Origin: an uncultured delta proteobacterium
GTDB taxonomy: Bacteria; Desulfobacterota; Desulfomonilia; UBA1062
Direction: 5' to 3'
Length of the DNA stretch: 64,000 nucleotides
NCBI GenBank assembly: GCA_963752595.1
Contig: CAVVYZ010000001.1
Span: forward strand, 256,001-320,000
The notes below the pieces were generated by a model. It was not told where the DNA came from. It saw only the letters and a program-made list of their open reading frames with translations, and did not search any database. The position numbers and the translations under genes were made by a program. Of the stretch, positions 43,179 through 57,987 are shown in pieces. Within the stretch, counting starts at the first letter, position 1; each line of letters opens with the position of its first letter.

Positions 43179-45834
43179 ATGGATATAGCATTAACAAGAC
43201 TATGGGCAAAGACGACTAGTAACAGTGATGCAGGGTGGCATCCCCTCATTCTTCATATGCTGGATGTGGCTGCCAGTGCGGACGCTATCCTGGCGCGTGA
43301 ACCGGAATCAACCCGCATAAGGATGGCAGCAATTTTGGGGATGGAGTGGGAGGATGCCCGAGCTTGGCTTTTGCTTGTAATAGCCTGCCATGATCTGGGG
43401 AAGGCCTGTCCGGGATTTCAATGCAAGTGGACAAATCATGACAGATCTGGATTCATGCCTCGAAGCCCGAATACCGAGATCAACCATGCCTTTGTGAGCC
43501 AGATCGCCCTTACAGAACTGTTGCAGGAGAGGGGCTGGCCGGATGAATTGGCGGAGTTGGTGGCCGATGCGGTGGGATGTCACCACGGGGAACGGGCTTC
43601 TCCGACAACACTTAACTATCTTGGAAGGCGATAGAGCGTGCCACTTGGCAAGGATGAATGGGCACAAGCGCGTCGAGGGCCTCTTTGAAGCGTTGCTGGA
43701 AGTTCTTAAACCTGTCCAGATTCCCGCCAAACAGACTCTTTCCGGCCCTGACTTCATGCTGCTGTCCGGGCTCACAAGCTTTGCCGACTGGATCGGCTCC
43801 AACGAAGATTGGTTTCCTTTCGGTACTCCGGAGGACTGCGAGGATCTTGCTGGGATGGTTCAATAAGCGCAGAGCCCATGCCGACCAAGCTCTGGATGCA
43901 ATCGGATGGGAACCCCGAACCCCGCTTTCCCCGGAGCCAAAGTCTTTCGAACAGGTTTTTGGCTTTGCTCCCCGTCCCTTGCAGCAGGCTGTTGCCGATG
44001 CTTTGGCTGATGTGAAGGAGCCTGCCATTCTGCTGGTGGAAGCTCCCATGGGCGAGGGCAAGACCGAGGCGGCCTTCTTCGCGCATCTGGAACTGCAGCG
44101 ACGTTTCGGGCACCGCGGCTTGTATGTGGCCTTGCCGACCAAAGCCACCGGAAATGCCATGTTCAAGCGAACCCTGAAATTCTTGCGCCACCAGGGAACG
44201 GATCGAAAGCTCGACCTGCAACTGTTGCACGGCGCGACACTCCTCAACGACACCTTCCAGAATCTGCGTCTTTCGGGCATCCACGATCCCGAAACAGGCG
44301 GTGAGATCCGCGCGGGAGAATGGTTCACCCACAAAAAACGGGCGCTCCTCTCGGAATACGGCGTGGGAACGGTGGACCAGGCGCTCCTGCCCATTCTGCC
44401 TGTGCGGCACAACTTCGTGCGTCTGTGGGGTCTTGCGAACCGTGTGGTGGTCTTCGACGAGATCCATGCATACGATGCCTATACGGGTACGCTCCTGGTT
44501 CACCTGCTGCGCTGGCTTCTGGCACTGGGCTCGTCGGTGGTGCTTCTCTCGGCAACCCTGCCGCCTTCTATTCGACGCAAGTTGGCAGGAGTGGTGGATG
44601 CCGACTTGCCGGAACAAGAGAAGGAATATCCCCGCCTTTCCGTCTTCCGCCCGGGCGCGGTGGAACAAATACATTTCGAGGCCGATCCTGCGCGCCGCCG
44701 GACTCTGCGACTACTAGGGATTCCACCGGACCTGCCGAGCATGCGCTCTGCTCTGGAGGAGCATCTTGCCAATGGTGGAATGGGGCTGGCGCTTGTCAAT
44801 ACGGTGCAGCGAGCCCAGGATCTTTACCGGCTTTTCCCCGAGGGTGAGCACTGGAGCGCGAAGGCCAGCGTGTCGGCAAACGACTGTCCGATGGGACGGA
44901 AGTGTTTCTCTTCCACGCCCGCTTTCCGGCTGATCGACGGCAGAAGCGCGAGGATCATGCCTTGGAGACCTTCGGGCGAAGGCGGAATCAGGACAGGACG
45001 AAAAATCCTCATTGCCACCCAGGTGGCGGAACAGAGCCTTGATCTGGACTTCGACCTGATCGCAACTGACCTCGCGCCTATTGACCTTGTGCTTCAGCGA
45101 GCGGGGCGCTTGTGGCGGCATGCACGGGACTCCAGGCCTGTTTCCGAACCGATCCTCCTGGTAGCGGGACTTGCTGGCGACGAGCCGCCATCATTCGGAA
45201 AGCCACTCTGGTGGGGAGCGGTGTATCGCGAAGATATTCTGTTGCGCACATGGTGTCTTCTTACGAGAGCGACAGAGACACTTGACGCTGCCGGACGAAA
45301 TCGATACCTTGGTGCAAGCGGTTTACGAAGAGCAGGTGGACGTGCCGGAAAACCTGCAGGAGAGACTGGACAAAGCCTTGTTGGAAGGGGAAGGGGAAGA
45401 CATTGCCAAACATGGGCAGGCAAACCAGGCGATAATTGGCTTTCCCGACGATGCATCATGGAACCAGCCGGAGAGATTCGTTCTTTACGACGAAGATGAA
45501 CCTGGCGTGCATCGAACCCTCATGGCCCAGACCAGGCTTGGCGAAGATCGATCGTAGCTATTCCGTTATTTCCGGAAGACGGATTCCGTCCGGAAGCGAC
45601 GCCGGATTTCGCCCAGGCCAAACAGTGGTTCCTGCGGGCCATGAGCCTTTCGCGCAAGGGCGTGGTCAAGAAACTGCAAGGCGCTGGGGGTGCCGGAAGG
45701 CTGGAAGAAATCACCGCTCTTGCGCAATTGCTTCCCGCTGGTGCTGGATGCAGCAGGATCGCTGGACCGAGGATGCAACGGTGCGACTGGATGACGATCT
45801 GGGGCTGGTGTACGAGACAAAGGAGGCCGAATGA
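43179..45834 (+). CDS. cas3: CRISPR-associated HD nuclease/helicase Cas3 (several frameshifts)
   Basis: LWAK, HMLDVA, CHDLGKA, CHHG, FADWIGS, EAPMGEGKTEAA, DEIH, LSAT, ATQVAEQSLDLD, QRAGRLWRH. Confidence 0.92.
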
Positions 45835-47451
45835 GCCGATTCAACCTGATTGACGAGAAATGGATCCCGGTGCGGTTCCCTGATGGAACCCGCGACGAAC
45901 TGGGCATCCGCGACACCCTGCTGCGATCGAGGGAGATCGCGGCTATCGAGGACCCGTCCCCGCTGGTGGTGGCTGCCTTGCACCGCTTTCTGCTTGCGGT
46001 CCTGTACCGCGCCTTGGAAGGACCGACCGACATCGATCAGGCCAAGGCACTGTTCAAGGAGGGGATCCAGGCGAAAAAATCACAGCCTACCTGGAAAAGT
46101 GGCGGGATCGGTTCTGGCTGTTCGATGAGAAGTATCCGTTTGGGCAGATTCCCACATTCGAGCCGAAGACCTGGAGAGCTTGGACGTTCTTCGCTGCCGA
46201 GCATAATGCCGACAATGCCAAGGTTCTCTTCGATCACGTGGATGTGACAGAATCTGGTAGTATCAGCTATGCTGCCGCCGCTCGGTGGATGCTGGCCACC
46301 CAGACATTTGCCGTCTCTTCGGGCAAAAGCGAAATCTCTCATACTGGTACAGCTCCATCGGCAGGCTCTGTAATGGTCATTCCTATTGGGTTGAATCTTC
46401 AGGATACACTTTTTTTCTGCCTTGTTCCCCAAAATCGAGAAGTAATGCAAGCTGATATTCCATTGTGGGAAAGAAATCCTGAATCTGTTGAGTACCTGAA
46501 AGCCCCGAATAAAGTGTTAGACAAAAAAACTGGGAAGCAAAAAGATCGAACTGTAGAGAGGGTTTCTAATGGAATTGTAGACCTTTATACATGGAGGACC
46601 CGCTCGATTCTTTTCAAGGAATCACCATCTGGCGATGTTTCCGAGTTGGCTTTTGCTTCTGGTGTTGGGTACAAGGAATCGATGGATATTGACCCAATGC
46701 TCGGGTACCAATTAGGGAAATTACAGATAAAGAAACAAAAGAAAAGTTGAAAAAAAGAGTTACTATTCACCTTGAAGAAAGGGGATTTTGGCGAGATTTT
46801 GATTCCCTGCTCCCCGATGATGATCACCTCGCACCGCAGGTCATTGAACATGCTGTAGCATTACCGGTTGGATCGCAAGAGATTGCCCAGAGCTGTGATG
46901 GTTCTTGGTCAAAGGTATTACCCACCTCGACCAAATATCGAGTACTGGCGAAAGGAACACTTTGCCCTTCCTGAAGCAATGTCGGGGGATCGATATATCC
47001 GTCATGATATTCGAGACATTTTGATAGAGGCCGAGAAAGCTGGAAATCTTTGTGGAATGGTGAAGATGGAATTAAGGCATGCCTTTGTAGTAGTGTAGGG
47101 ATCTTTGCAAATAACTCTGAGTCGGGGTGAACGCGAGCCTGCTGGCAAGGATATTAAAAGCTTTGTCGATCAGTAATGCCGGTTCACTTGGTACTGGTCC
47201 ACCTGGAATCCCGCTTTCACGAAATCCTGCGTGAGTACACCCTTGACCGGGATTCTGAGATATCCGCTGCAGTGGCTGAAGTCTGTCCGGGAAACTTTGA
47301 GAGCCGCATGGGAGCAGCATCGTGCTTCTGTCTCCACGGGTGATGCCTGGGCTATCCGTGCACTTGTGAAAGCTGAAGGGCCAGTACTGGCAAATTGAAG
47401 GAACTGAACGATGAGATTCAAAAACTCGAACCGCAGAAGGAGGACGCATGA
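45831..47451 (+). CDS. cas8e: Type I-E Cascade large subunit Cas8e/Cse1 (frameshifted)
   Basis: FNLIDEKWIPV N-terminus, RFWLFDEKYPFGQ, LFDH, DLYTWRTR, FWRDF; position after cas3. Confidence 0.85.
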
Positions 47452-47964
47452 ACGGATTCATCGAATGGCTGGAAGACCTGAATGAGAAAGACACCAAGGT
47501 GAGGGCGGTGCTGCGACGAAGCCTCGCCTTTGATCCGGAGCATTCGTACCCGCTTACCCTTATGTCGAACCCTTCGTGAAGGATGAGGATAATCCTGGCG
47601 GAGGGAGATGTTCTATCTGGTGGCCGGTCTCTGGGCAGCACATTGGCGAGAGGCCGATCGGAGTGAACCGATATCACTCGGGAAGGCGTGTGCAGCTTCA
47701 TCAGAATGGCAAGCGGTTCAACGAGCACCGAACGCCGCTTCATCACCCTGCTGGATGCTGATCCTGACAGTTGCCACACCGTCTGCGCCAGATGATTGCC
47801 CTTCTCAAAGAGCAAGCCATTGATTTCGAAGACCTGTTGAAGGGGCTTCTGTACTGGAACGACGACCAGAAGCGCACCCAGAACGCTGGGCTCGCGACTT
47901 CTACCGAAATCTAGAACAATGAAACAGAAATCGAATCCATAACCGATAAGGAGATCACAAATGA
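47448..47964 (+). CDS. cse2: Type I-E small subunit Cse2/Cas11 (frameshifted; end approximate)
   Basis: [47 protein letters not shown]; operon position. Confidence 0.8.
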
Positions 47965-49126
47965 AGACAATAATCGAAATTCATGCCTTGCAGAACTTTG
48001 CCCCATCAAACCTGAACCGAGATGACACCGGTGCCCCCAAAGATGCCTTATTTGGTGGCACCCGCCGCGCCCGTGTGTCCAGCCAGTGCCTCAAACGTTC
48101 GGTGCGGCAGTATTTCAAAGATAGTAGAACAAAAGATATGGGTAGCTGATACGAACCAAGCGTATCGTTGATGCTCTGAAGGAACGACTCACGCTGAAGT
48201 TAAAAGACCAGAAGGGACTTCACTGAAGACAATCTGGTGAAGATAATTGAAACCGCTATGTCAAGCCTTGGCGAGCAACAAGAAGGTTACGGTGAAAGGA
48301 AGAGGAAGAGCGAGTATCTCCTGTTCTTGAGCACGCGAAATTCGAAATAGAATTCTCTGCAGAAAGTGGGATCATCACCGCATTCTTATGCTGACTCTGT
48401 CTCAAAGGAAAAAACCGTCAGACCAAGTATAAAGCAGGCTGCAAGATGCCGATCCTGAATTAAAGAAAGCACTGAAAAGTCTTCAACGGTGGAAAGCCGT
48501 TGATGTTGCACTGTTCGGGCGAATGCTGGCCGATATGCCCGAGAAGAACCAGAACGCTGCCTGCCAGGTTGCTCATGCCATTTCGACCCATTCTGTTGAA
48601 CGGGAATTCGACTTCTACACTGCCGTGGACGACCTCAAGCCCGAGGACACCGCCGGTGCTGACATGATGGGTACGGTGGAGTTCAATTCGGCCTGTTTCT
48701 ACCGCTATGCCGTGGTGGACTGGGAAAAACTTGTGGCAAATCTCCAGAATGACAAGGAACTGGCGACCAAGGGACTGCGGGCTTTCCTGGAAGGTTTCGT
48801 GGTGGCCGAACCCACCGGCAAGCAGAACACCTTTGCGGCCCACAATCCACCGGAGTTTGTTGCGGTTTCGGTGCGCCGCAATACCGCACCCCGCAACCTG
48901 GCCAATGCTTTTGAGACTGCCGTCCGCGTGAAAAAGGATGAGTCGCTGACCAGAAAGTCGGCAGAGGAGCTTGCCAAGAAGGCCAAGGCGCTGCAGGCTG
49001 CTTTTGGCGGTGAGGAGAAGACATTCGTTCTCAATCTCGTTGAGGCGAAGTTGAGATGGATTGGGAACGGACGTGGCCACTCTGAAAGATCTTCTCGACA
49101 AGGCCCTTTTGGCCGTACAGGAGTGA
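47961..49126 (+). CDS. cas7: Type I-E backbone subunit Cas7 (frameshifted middle)
   Basis: [66 protein letters not shown]. Confidence 0.92.
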
Positions 49127-50492
<1,366 letters not shown>

Positions 50493-50566
50493 GAAAGCTC
50501 CGGCATCGATCCAGCGATAAACAATGTCAGCTTCTTATGCTGGTAAGGCGAGTATGAGGTGTAAAT

Positions 50567-51406
50567 ATGGAATCGAGACTTGTTGTTTTTAATGATAAAA
50601 AGATAAGGCGCATCCTTCTGGAAAATGTATGGTATTTTGCCGTGGTTGATGTAGTCGCAGCATTGACTGATAGCGATAAGCCACGAGACTATTGGTATCG
50701 TCTAAAAAAACGGGAACTGGAATCAAGTGGAGTTCAGCTGTCGACATATTGTCGACAACTCAAGCTTGAGTCAACCGACGGAAAGAGATACATTACCGAA
50801 GTTGCCAATACCGAAGGCATTTTTCGCATCATCCAGTCTATCCCGTCTCCAAAGGCCGAACCATTCAAACGTTGGTTGGCAAAGGTCGGCTATGATCGGA
50901 TTCAGGAGATCGAAGATCCTGAACTCGCAACGCAGAGGACCAGAGAATTATACAAGGCCAAGGGTTATTCGGAAGAGTGGATCGAAAAGCGGATGCGAGG
51001 AATCACCATTCGCGCAGAGCTCACCGACGAATGGAAAGGCCGCGGTGTAAAGAAAGAACCTGAGTATGCAATCTTGACAGCCGAAATATCCAAGGCAGCA
51101 TTTGGTCTTACCCCTGCAGAATACAAACAATTGAAGGGGCTGGAACGTGAAAATCTCCGCGACCATATGACCGACCTCGAATTGATTTTCTCAATGTTGA
51201 GCGAAGCTGCAACTACGGAGATAACCAGAAAACAGAATGCCCAGGGATATGACCAGAACAAGGATGCGGCACACAAAGGCGGTCGGATTGCAGGCGGAGC
51301 ACGGGAGAAGCTGGAGGCGGAAACCGGCTCGCAGATCGTTTCATCTGAAAACTATCTTGCAGAGCCTGAGAGTGTAAAACGCTTGGGAAGAAGAAAAAAA
51401 CAATGA
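50567..51406 (+). CDS. BRO-N domain (antirepressor-like) DNA-binding protein
   Basis: VFNDKKIRR..WYFAVVDVV, FRIIQSIPSPKAEPFKRWLA, ENLRDHMTDLELIF. Confidence 0.8.
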   Translation: MESRLVVFNDKKIRRILLENVWYFAVVDVVAALTDSDKPRDYWYRLKKRELESSGVQLSTYCRQLKLESTDGKRYITEVANTEGIFRIIQSIPSPKAEPFKRWLAKVGYDRIQEIEDPELATQRTRELYKAKGYSEEWIEKRMRGITIRAELTDEWKGRGVKKEPEYAILTAEISKAAFGLTPAEYKQLKGLERENLRDHMTDLELIFSMLSEAATTEITRKQNAQGYDQNKDAAHKGGRIAGGAREKLEAETGSQIVSSENYLAEPESVKRLGRRKKQ

Positions 51407-51440
51407 ATAATCGAGCGTGTTTTTTATATCAGGTGCAACA

Positions 51441-52644
<1,204 letters not shown>

Positions 52645-52715
52645 GTATGAAGGCGTGTTTCGGTAGAATTTTGATCATTGAAAATTGATAGTGAATTTAA
52701 CGGAATACAGGAAGT
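52645..52715 (+). promoter_or_regulatory. CRISPR leader
   Basis: AT-rich 71 bp between the cas2 stop and the first repeat; degenerate terminal repeat is at the opposite end. Confidence 0.8.
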
Positions 52716-55700
52716 GTGTTCCCCACACACGTGGGGATGAACCGATTCACTCAGCGTTTCATGCGCACTCACCAATACGTGTTCCCCACACACGTGGGGA
52801 TGAACCGATCGATTTTCATTGACAACTCATCCGGCATTACGTGTTCCCCACACACGTGGGGATGAACCGGGCATGGGCATAGGCGATAATCGTTAAGATC
52901 AAGTGTTCCCCACACACGTGGGGATGAACCGGACGACCATTTTCTGACGAGCCGCAAGATCGTTGTGTTCCCCACACACGTGGGGATGAACCGGTGGCAG
53001 AATACGGCCAAGCGTGCGATGTCAGGTGTTCCCCACACACGTGGGGATGAACCGTGCTGTGGATAGCAGCCATGACGATTGACAGTCCGTGTTCCCCACA
53101 CACGTGGGGATGAACCGAATTATGGCTGTACAAGATGGCGCAATCGACCGTGTTCCCCACACACGTGGGGATGAACCGGGGATTGACGGACTTAATCAGC
53201 GCAGTACTGGCGTGTTCCCCACACACGTGGGGATGAACCGGCCAGTGGGGTCATGGCGATCATCTGGACGTTCGTGTTCCCCACACACGTGGGGATGAAC
53301 CGCTCAAACTGCAATGGATTGAGTGCTGGGTCGAGCAGTGTTCCCCACACACGTGGGGATGAACCGAGTAACGGCACTTGCAGCTCAGCATACAGCGAGT
53401 GTTCCCCACACACGTGGGGATGAACCGTCTCGTCAACGATCGCCGAGAGTGCGGCGGTCCGGTGTTCCCCACACACGTGGGGATGAACCGTGATCGACGG
53501 CTTCGAGCAATCCTGTCAACCAGTGTTCCCCACACACGTGGGGATGAACCGAACCGTCACTAATCTGTCACAAGCTATGTATCCAGTGTTCCCCACACAC
53601 GTGGGGATGAACCGATGCAGGGCGGCCGCTTGATCTCGAACAGGCAGGTGTTCCCCACACACGTGGGGATGAACCGACCATCAGCTCGACAGAGCAGGAC
53701 GGATACAGGTGTTCCCCACACACGTGGGGATGAACCGTAGGTCAATGTATGCGCTACGTGTCATCGATTCGTGTTCCCCACACACGTGGGGATGAACCGT
53801 AGTTCGACATCTGCCTGAGTAGTCGCGACTATGGTGTTCCCCACACACGTGGGGATGAACCGGATCGGCGAGCGGATGGCGACGCCGGGCAACAGTGTTC
53901 CCCACACACGTGGGGATGAACCGTCGCGAATGTATGGCGAAGCTCCAAGCGTAATCGTGTTCCCCACACACGTGGGGATGAACCGGCATTTCGACTTGAG
54001 CATATGGGCTGTGATCCAGTGTTCCCCACACACGTGGGGATGAACCGCATCAGCGTGCATCGTACGGGCAAGAGCACGATGATATTCCCCACACACGTGG
54101 GGATGAACCGCGGCAGGACGTAGCAGATCGCAGACTGTATGAGTATTCCCCACACACGTGGGGATGAACCGGCTGAGTCAGCCTACGAGTTCAGATGATT
54201 GATGCGTGTTCCCCACACACGTGGGGATGAACCGTCCAGTGCGATGACTCTGATCGCACAGTCCATGAGTATTCCCCACACACGTGGGGATGAACCGTAC
54301 ATACGCTGTTCAAATGCATCCGCGCACGGTACAGTGTTCCCCACACACGTGGGGATGAACCGGTGACTGCCAGATGATGTCGCTCTACGCATGTCAAGTG
54401 TTCCCCACACACGTGGGGATGAACCGCTATGACGCCAGTGTCGCAGCGATCGACAGCGTCACGTGTTCCCCACACACGTGGGGATGAACCGACGCTGGTT
54501 CATGCCGATGCTTCATCATGACGTATTCCCCACACACGTGGGGATGAACCGCACGATGCGACACGTCGAGCATGCACTGGGCCACGTGTTCCCCACACAC
54601 GTGGGGATGAACCGGTACGATTGTTTCAGCCTGCGCATGAACCTGCAGCGTATTCCCCACACACGTGGGGATGAACCGGCTATGGCAAATGCCAAGGCTG
54701 ATCGCGCGTGAGTGTTCCCCACACACGTGGGGATGAACCGAGCTCGGTCAGCTGGCACTGTCATGACCGACGCGTATTCCCCACACACGTGGGGATGAAC
54801 CGTGATGCCGATCACTGCACCTGCGCAGTCACCGATGTGTTCCCCACACACGTGGGGATGAACCGCTATGCAACGATGCGCACAGTGCAGCCAGGCGTGT
54901 GTTCCCCACACACGTGGGGATGAACCGTTAGCAGACTGCAGATCAGCGACGATCAAAGTGAAGTGTTCCCCACACACGTGGGGATGAACCGATCGCGATG
55001 CAGATGAGACGATGGCAGGCGAATGCAGTATTCCCCACACACGTGGGGATGAACCGATCATCAAGCTCGAAGTCGCATGATGATGCATGCAGTATTCCCC
55101 ACACACGTGGGGATGAACCGGATCGTATGCATTGTGAGCGCGATGTCACGGTATGTATTCCCCACACACGTGGGGATGAACCGCGTAGCAATGCGCTGAA
55201 TGTGCATTCGGCTGCAGTATTCCCCACACACGTGGGGATGAACCGTACTGGCCATTGGCGATTCCGCGCTTCCGAACAGTATTCCCCACACACGTGGGGA
55301 TGAACCGCGGCAAGATTGCCCGACGCGCGAGCACATCGATGGTATTCCCCACACACGTGGGGATGAACCGCGTCAGATGGCAAACATGGCCTGTCCTGAG
55401 GAGCAGTGTTCCCCACACACGTGGGGATGAACCGACATCAGATGACACAAGCCGATCCGCCATGCACGTATTCCCCACACACGTGGGGATGAACCGAGCC
55501 AGTCTGGAGAGCACAGACATCGACAACGGAGTGTTCCCCACACACGTGGGGATGAACCGATATCGAGGCAGTGGCGAATACGGCGATGTCGAGTGTTCCC
55601 CACACACGTGGGGATGAACCGGCTGGAGATGATCCGGATCGTCGGAGCCGCAGGTGTGTTCCCCACACACGTGGGGATGAACCGTGCAGATCGCTGACGG

Positions 55701-57987
55701 TGGCATACGGATGACTGCAGTGTTCCCCACACACGTGGGGATGAACCGCGTGCCGGAGCATACCATGCGGAATAGGCGATGCGTGTTCCCCACACACGTG
55801 GGGATGAACCGCAACGATCGGACCACGAATCAGCGATGGAACAGTGTTCCCCACACACGTGGGGATGAACCGGTCAGCGGCCTGCGAGGCCAGCGAATGC
55901 AGCTGATGTGTTCCCCACACACGTGGGGATGAACCGCACGTTCGAGCACCCGAGTGCCGGCAGAACACGTGTTCCCCACACACGTGGGGATGAACCGCCT
56001 GCCAGAATGGATGAGTATCGACAACAGTCGAGTGTTCCCCACACACGTGGGGATGAACCGGCACGCGGCGATGCAGCCGCTGATGGACATCGAAGTGTTC
56101 CCCACACACGTGGGGATGAACCGAATCAGGCGTGGCAACTGTCATCAAGCGGTACAGCGTGTTCCCCACACACGTGGGGATGAACCGTCCATTACCGGAC
56201 GTCATACCAGGATCACGCAGAGTGTTCCCCACACACGTGGGGATGAACCGACGCTGGAAGCCGTGCGAGTCACTTCTGGAAGTGTTCCCCACACACGTGG
56301 GGATGAACCGATGTATGCTGGAATCGAGCACGAGCGCTGAATACGTGTTCCCCACACACGTGGGGATGAACCGGACTGATGCCTACAGGACAGCACAGCG
56401 TATCATGGTGTTCCCCACACACGTGGGGATGAACCGTGTCGCGACATATCGCCACGCTCGCAGCTATACGTGTTCCCCACACACGTGGGGATGAACCGGT
56501 CGATCGTGGCGATCGCAGCCATGTCTGATCGTGTTCCCCACACACGTGGGGATGAACCGATAGAATCGACACGGCAGTCTGATCCGCTATGGAGTGTTCC
56601 CCACACACGTGGGGATGAACCGGCGATATCAATACATGCAGTGCCGATGAGTACCGTGTTCCCCACACACGTGGGGATGAACCGCGCGGATGATCAGCTC
56701 ATGAGCATGCGGATGCACGTGTTCCCCACACACGTGGGGATGAACCGGCAATGCTTGTCGAGTTCAGCGGCATCTGGTTCGGTGTTCCCCACACACGTGG
56801 GGATGAACCGGTGATCTTGTCATGTATCGATGCCAGCTCGTGCGAGTGTTCCCCACACACGTGGGGATGAACCGATCGAGCACGAATCAGGCGCATGAGC
56901 GAAGCATCGTGTTCCCCACACACGTGGGGATGAACCGGATCGACAGGCTGTATGACGACGATGAGCAAGCGTGTTCCCCACACACGTGGGGATGAACCGG
57001 ATAGCATCAGCGACTCGCCGTCAATTGTCTGATGTGTTCCCCACACACGTGGGGATGAACCGACTATCATGACGTACTGTACGAGTGCATCAGTGTGTGT
57101 TCCCCACACACGTGGGGATGAACCGTCGATGTAATAGATGCCGACTGCGTCATCAGTGTGTTCCCCACACACGTGGGGATGAACCGGTAGATCGTACCGG
57201 TCCCGATGACTGCTCGTCAGTGTTCCCCACACACGTGGGGATGAACCGAAAATGGGCATGCTCAAGATAAGACACAGGGGAGTGTTCCCCACACACGTGG
57301 GGATGAACCGGCATTCGCGCTGATCCGGCAGCCTGCACAGATGTGTTCCCCACACACGTGGGGATGAACCGGTATTCAACGACAACATGACCCATGGCGA
57401 ATGTGTTCCCCACACACGTGGGGATGAACCGCGAGGGACATATGCGCAGGTTACGTATCAGGATAGTGTTCCCCACACACGTGGGGATGAACCGGCTGCG
57501 TTGCATCGGGACGGTCTGCCAGCTGACGTGTTCCCCACACACGTGGGGATGAACCGGCCTGTCACCGGCATAGCGCAGCGGCAACCCAGTGTGTTCCCCA
57601 CACACGTGGGGATGAACCGATGCACGCGATACGGCAGGCACAGCCCAGATCGTGTTCCCCACACACGTGGGGATGAACCGGATATAGCCGATCTTATAAG
57701 CAATCGCAACGGAGTGTTCCCCACACACGTGGGGATGAACCGCCGGCGATGCGGATCGCCGTGCTGCCGCCGCTGTCGGTGTTCCCCACACACGTGGGGA
57801 TGAACCGCGGGACAGATCGGTTATATATGTTGGCAAGTGTTCCCCACACACGTGGGGATGAACCGCCTCGATCTAGACCTGCAGGCCGTACCTATCGTGT
57901 TCCCCACACACGTGGGGATGAACCGGACACGCTGAGGGCTGGCCTCCATATTGTATCAGTGTTCCCCACACACGTGGGGATGAACCG

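Noticed and set aside
52716-57987. Dozens of ORFs with repeating [10 protein letters not shown] / GSSPRVWG / VHPHVCGE / RFIPTCVGN peptides
   Set aside because: They are translations of the CRISPR repeat, not proteins
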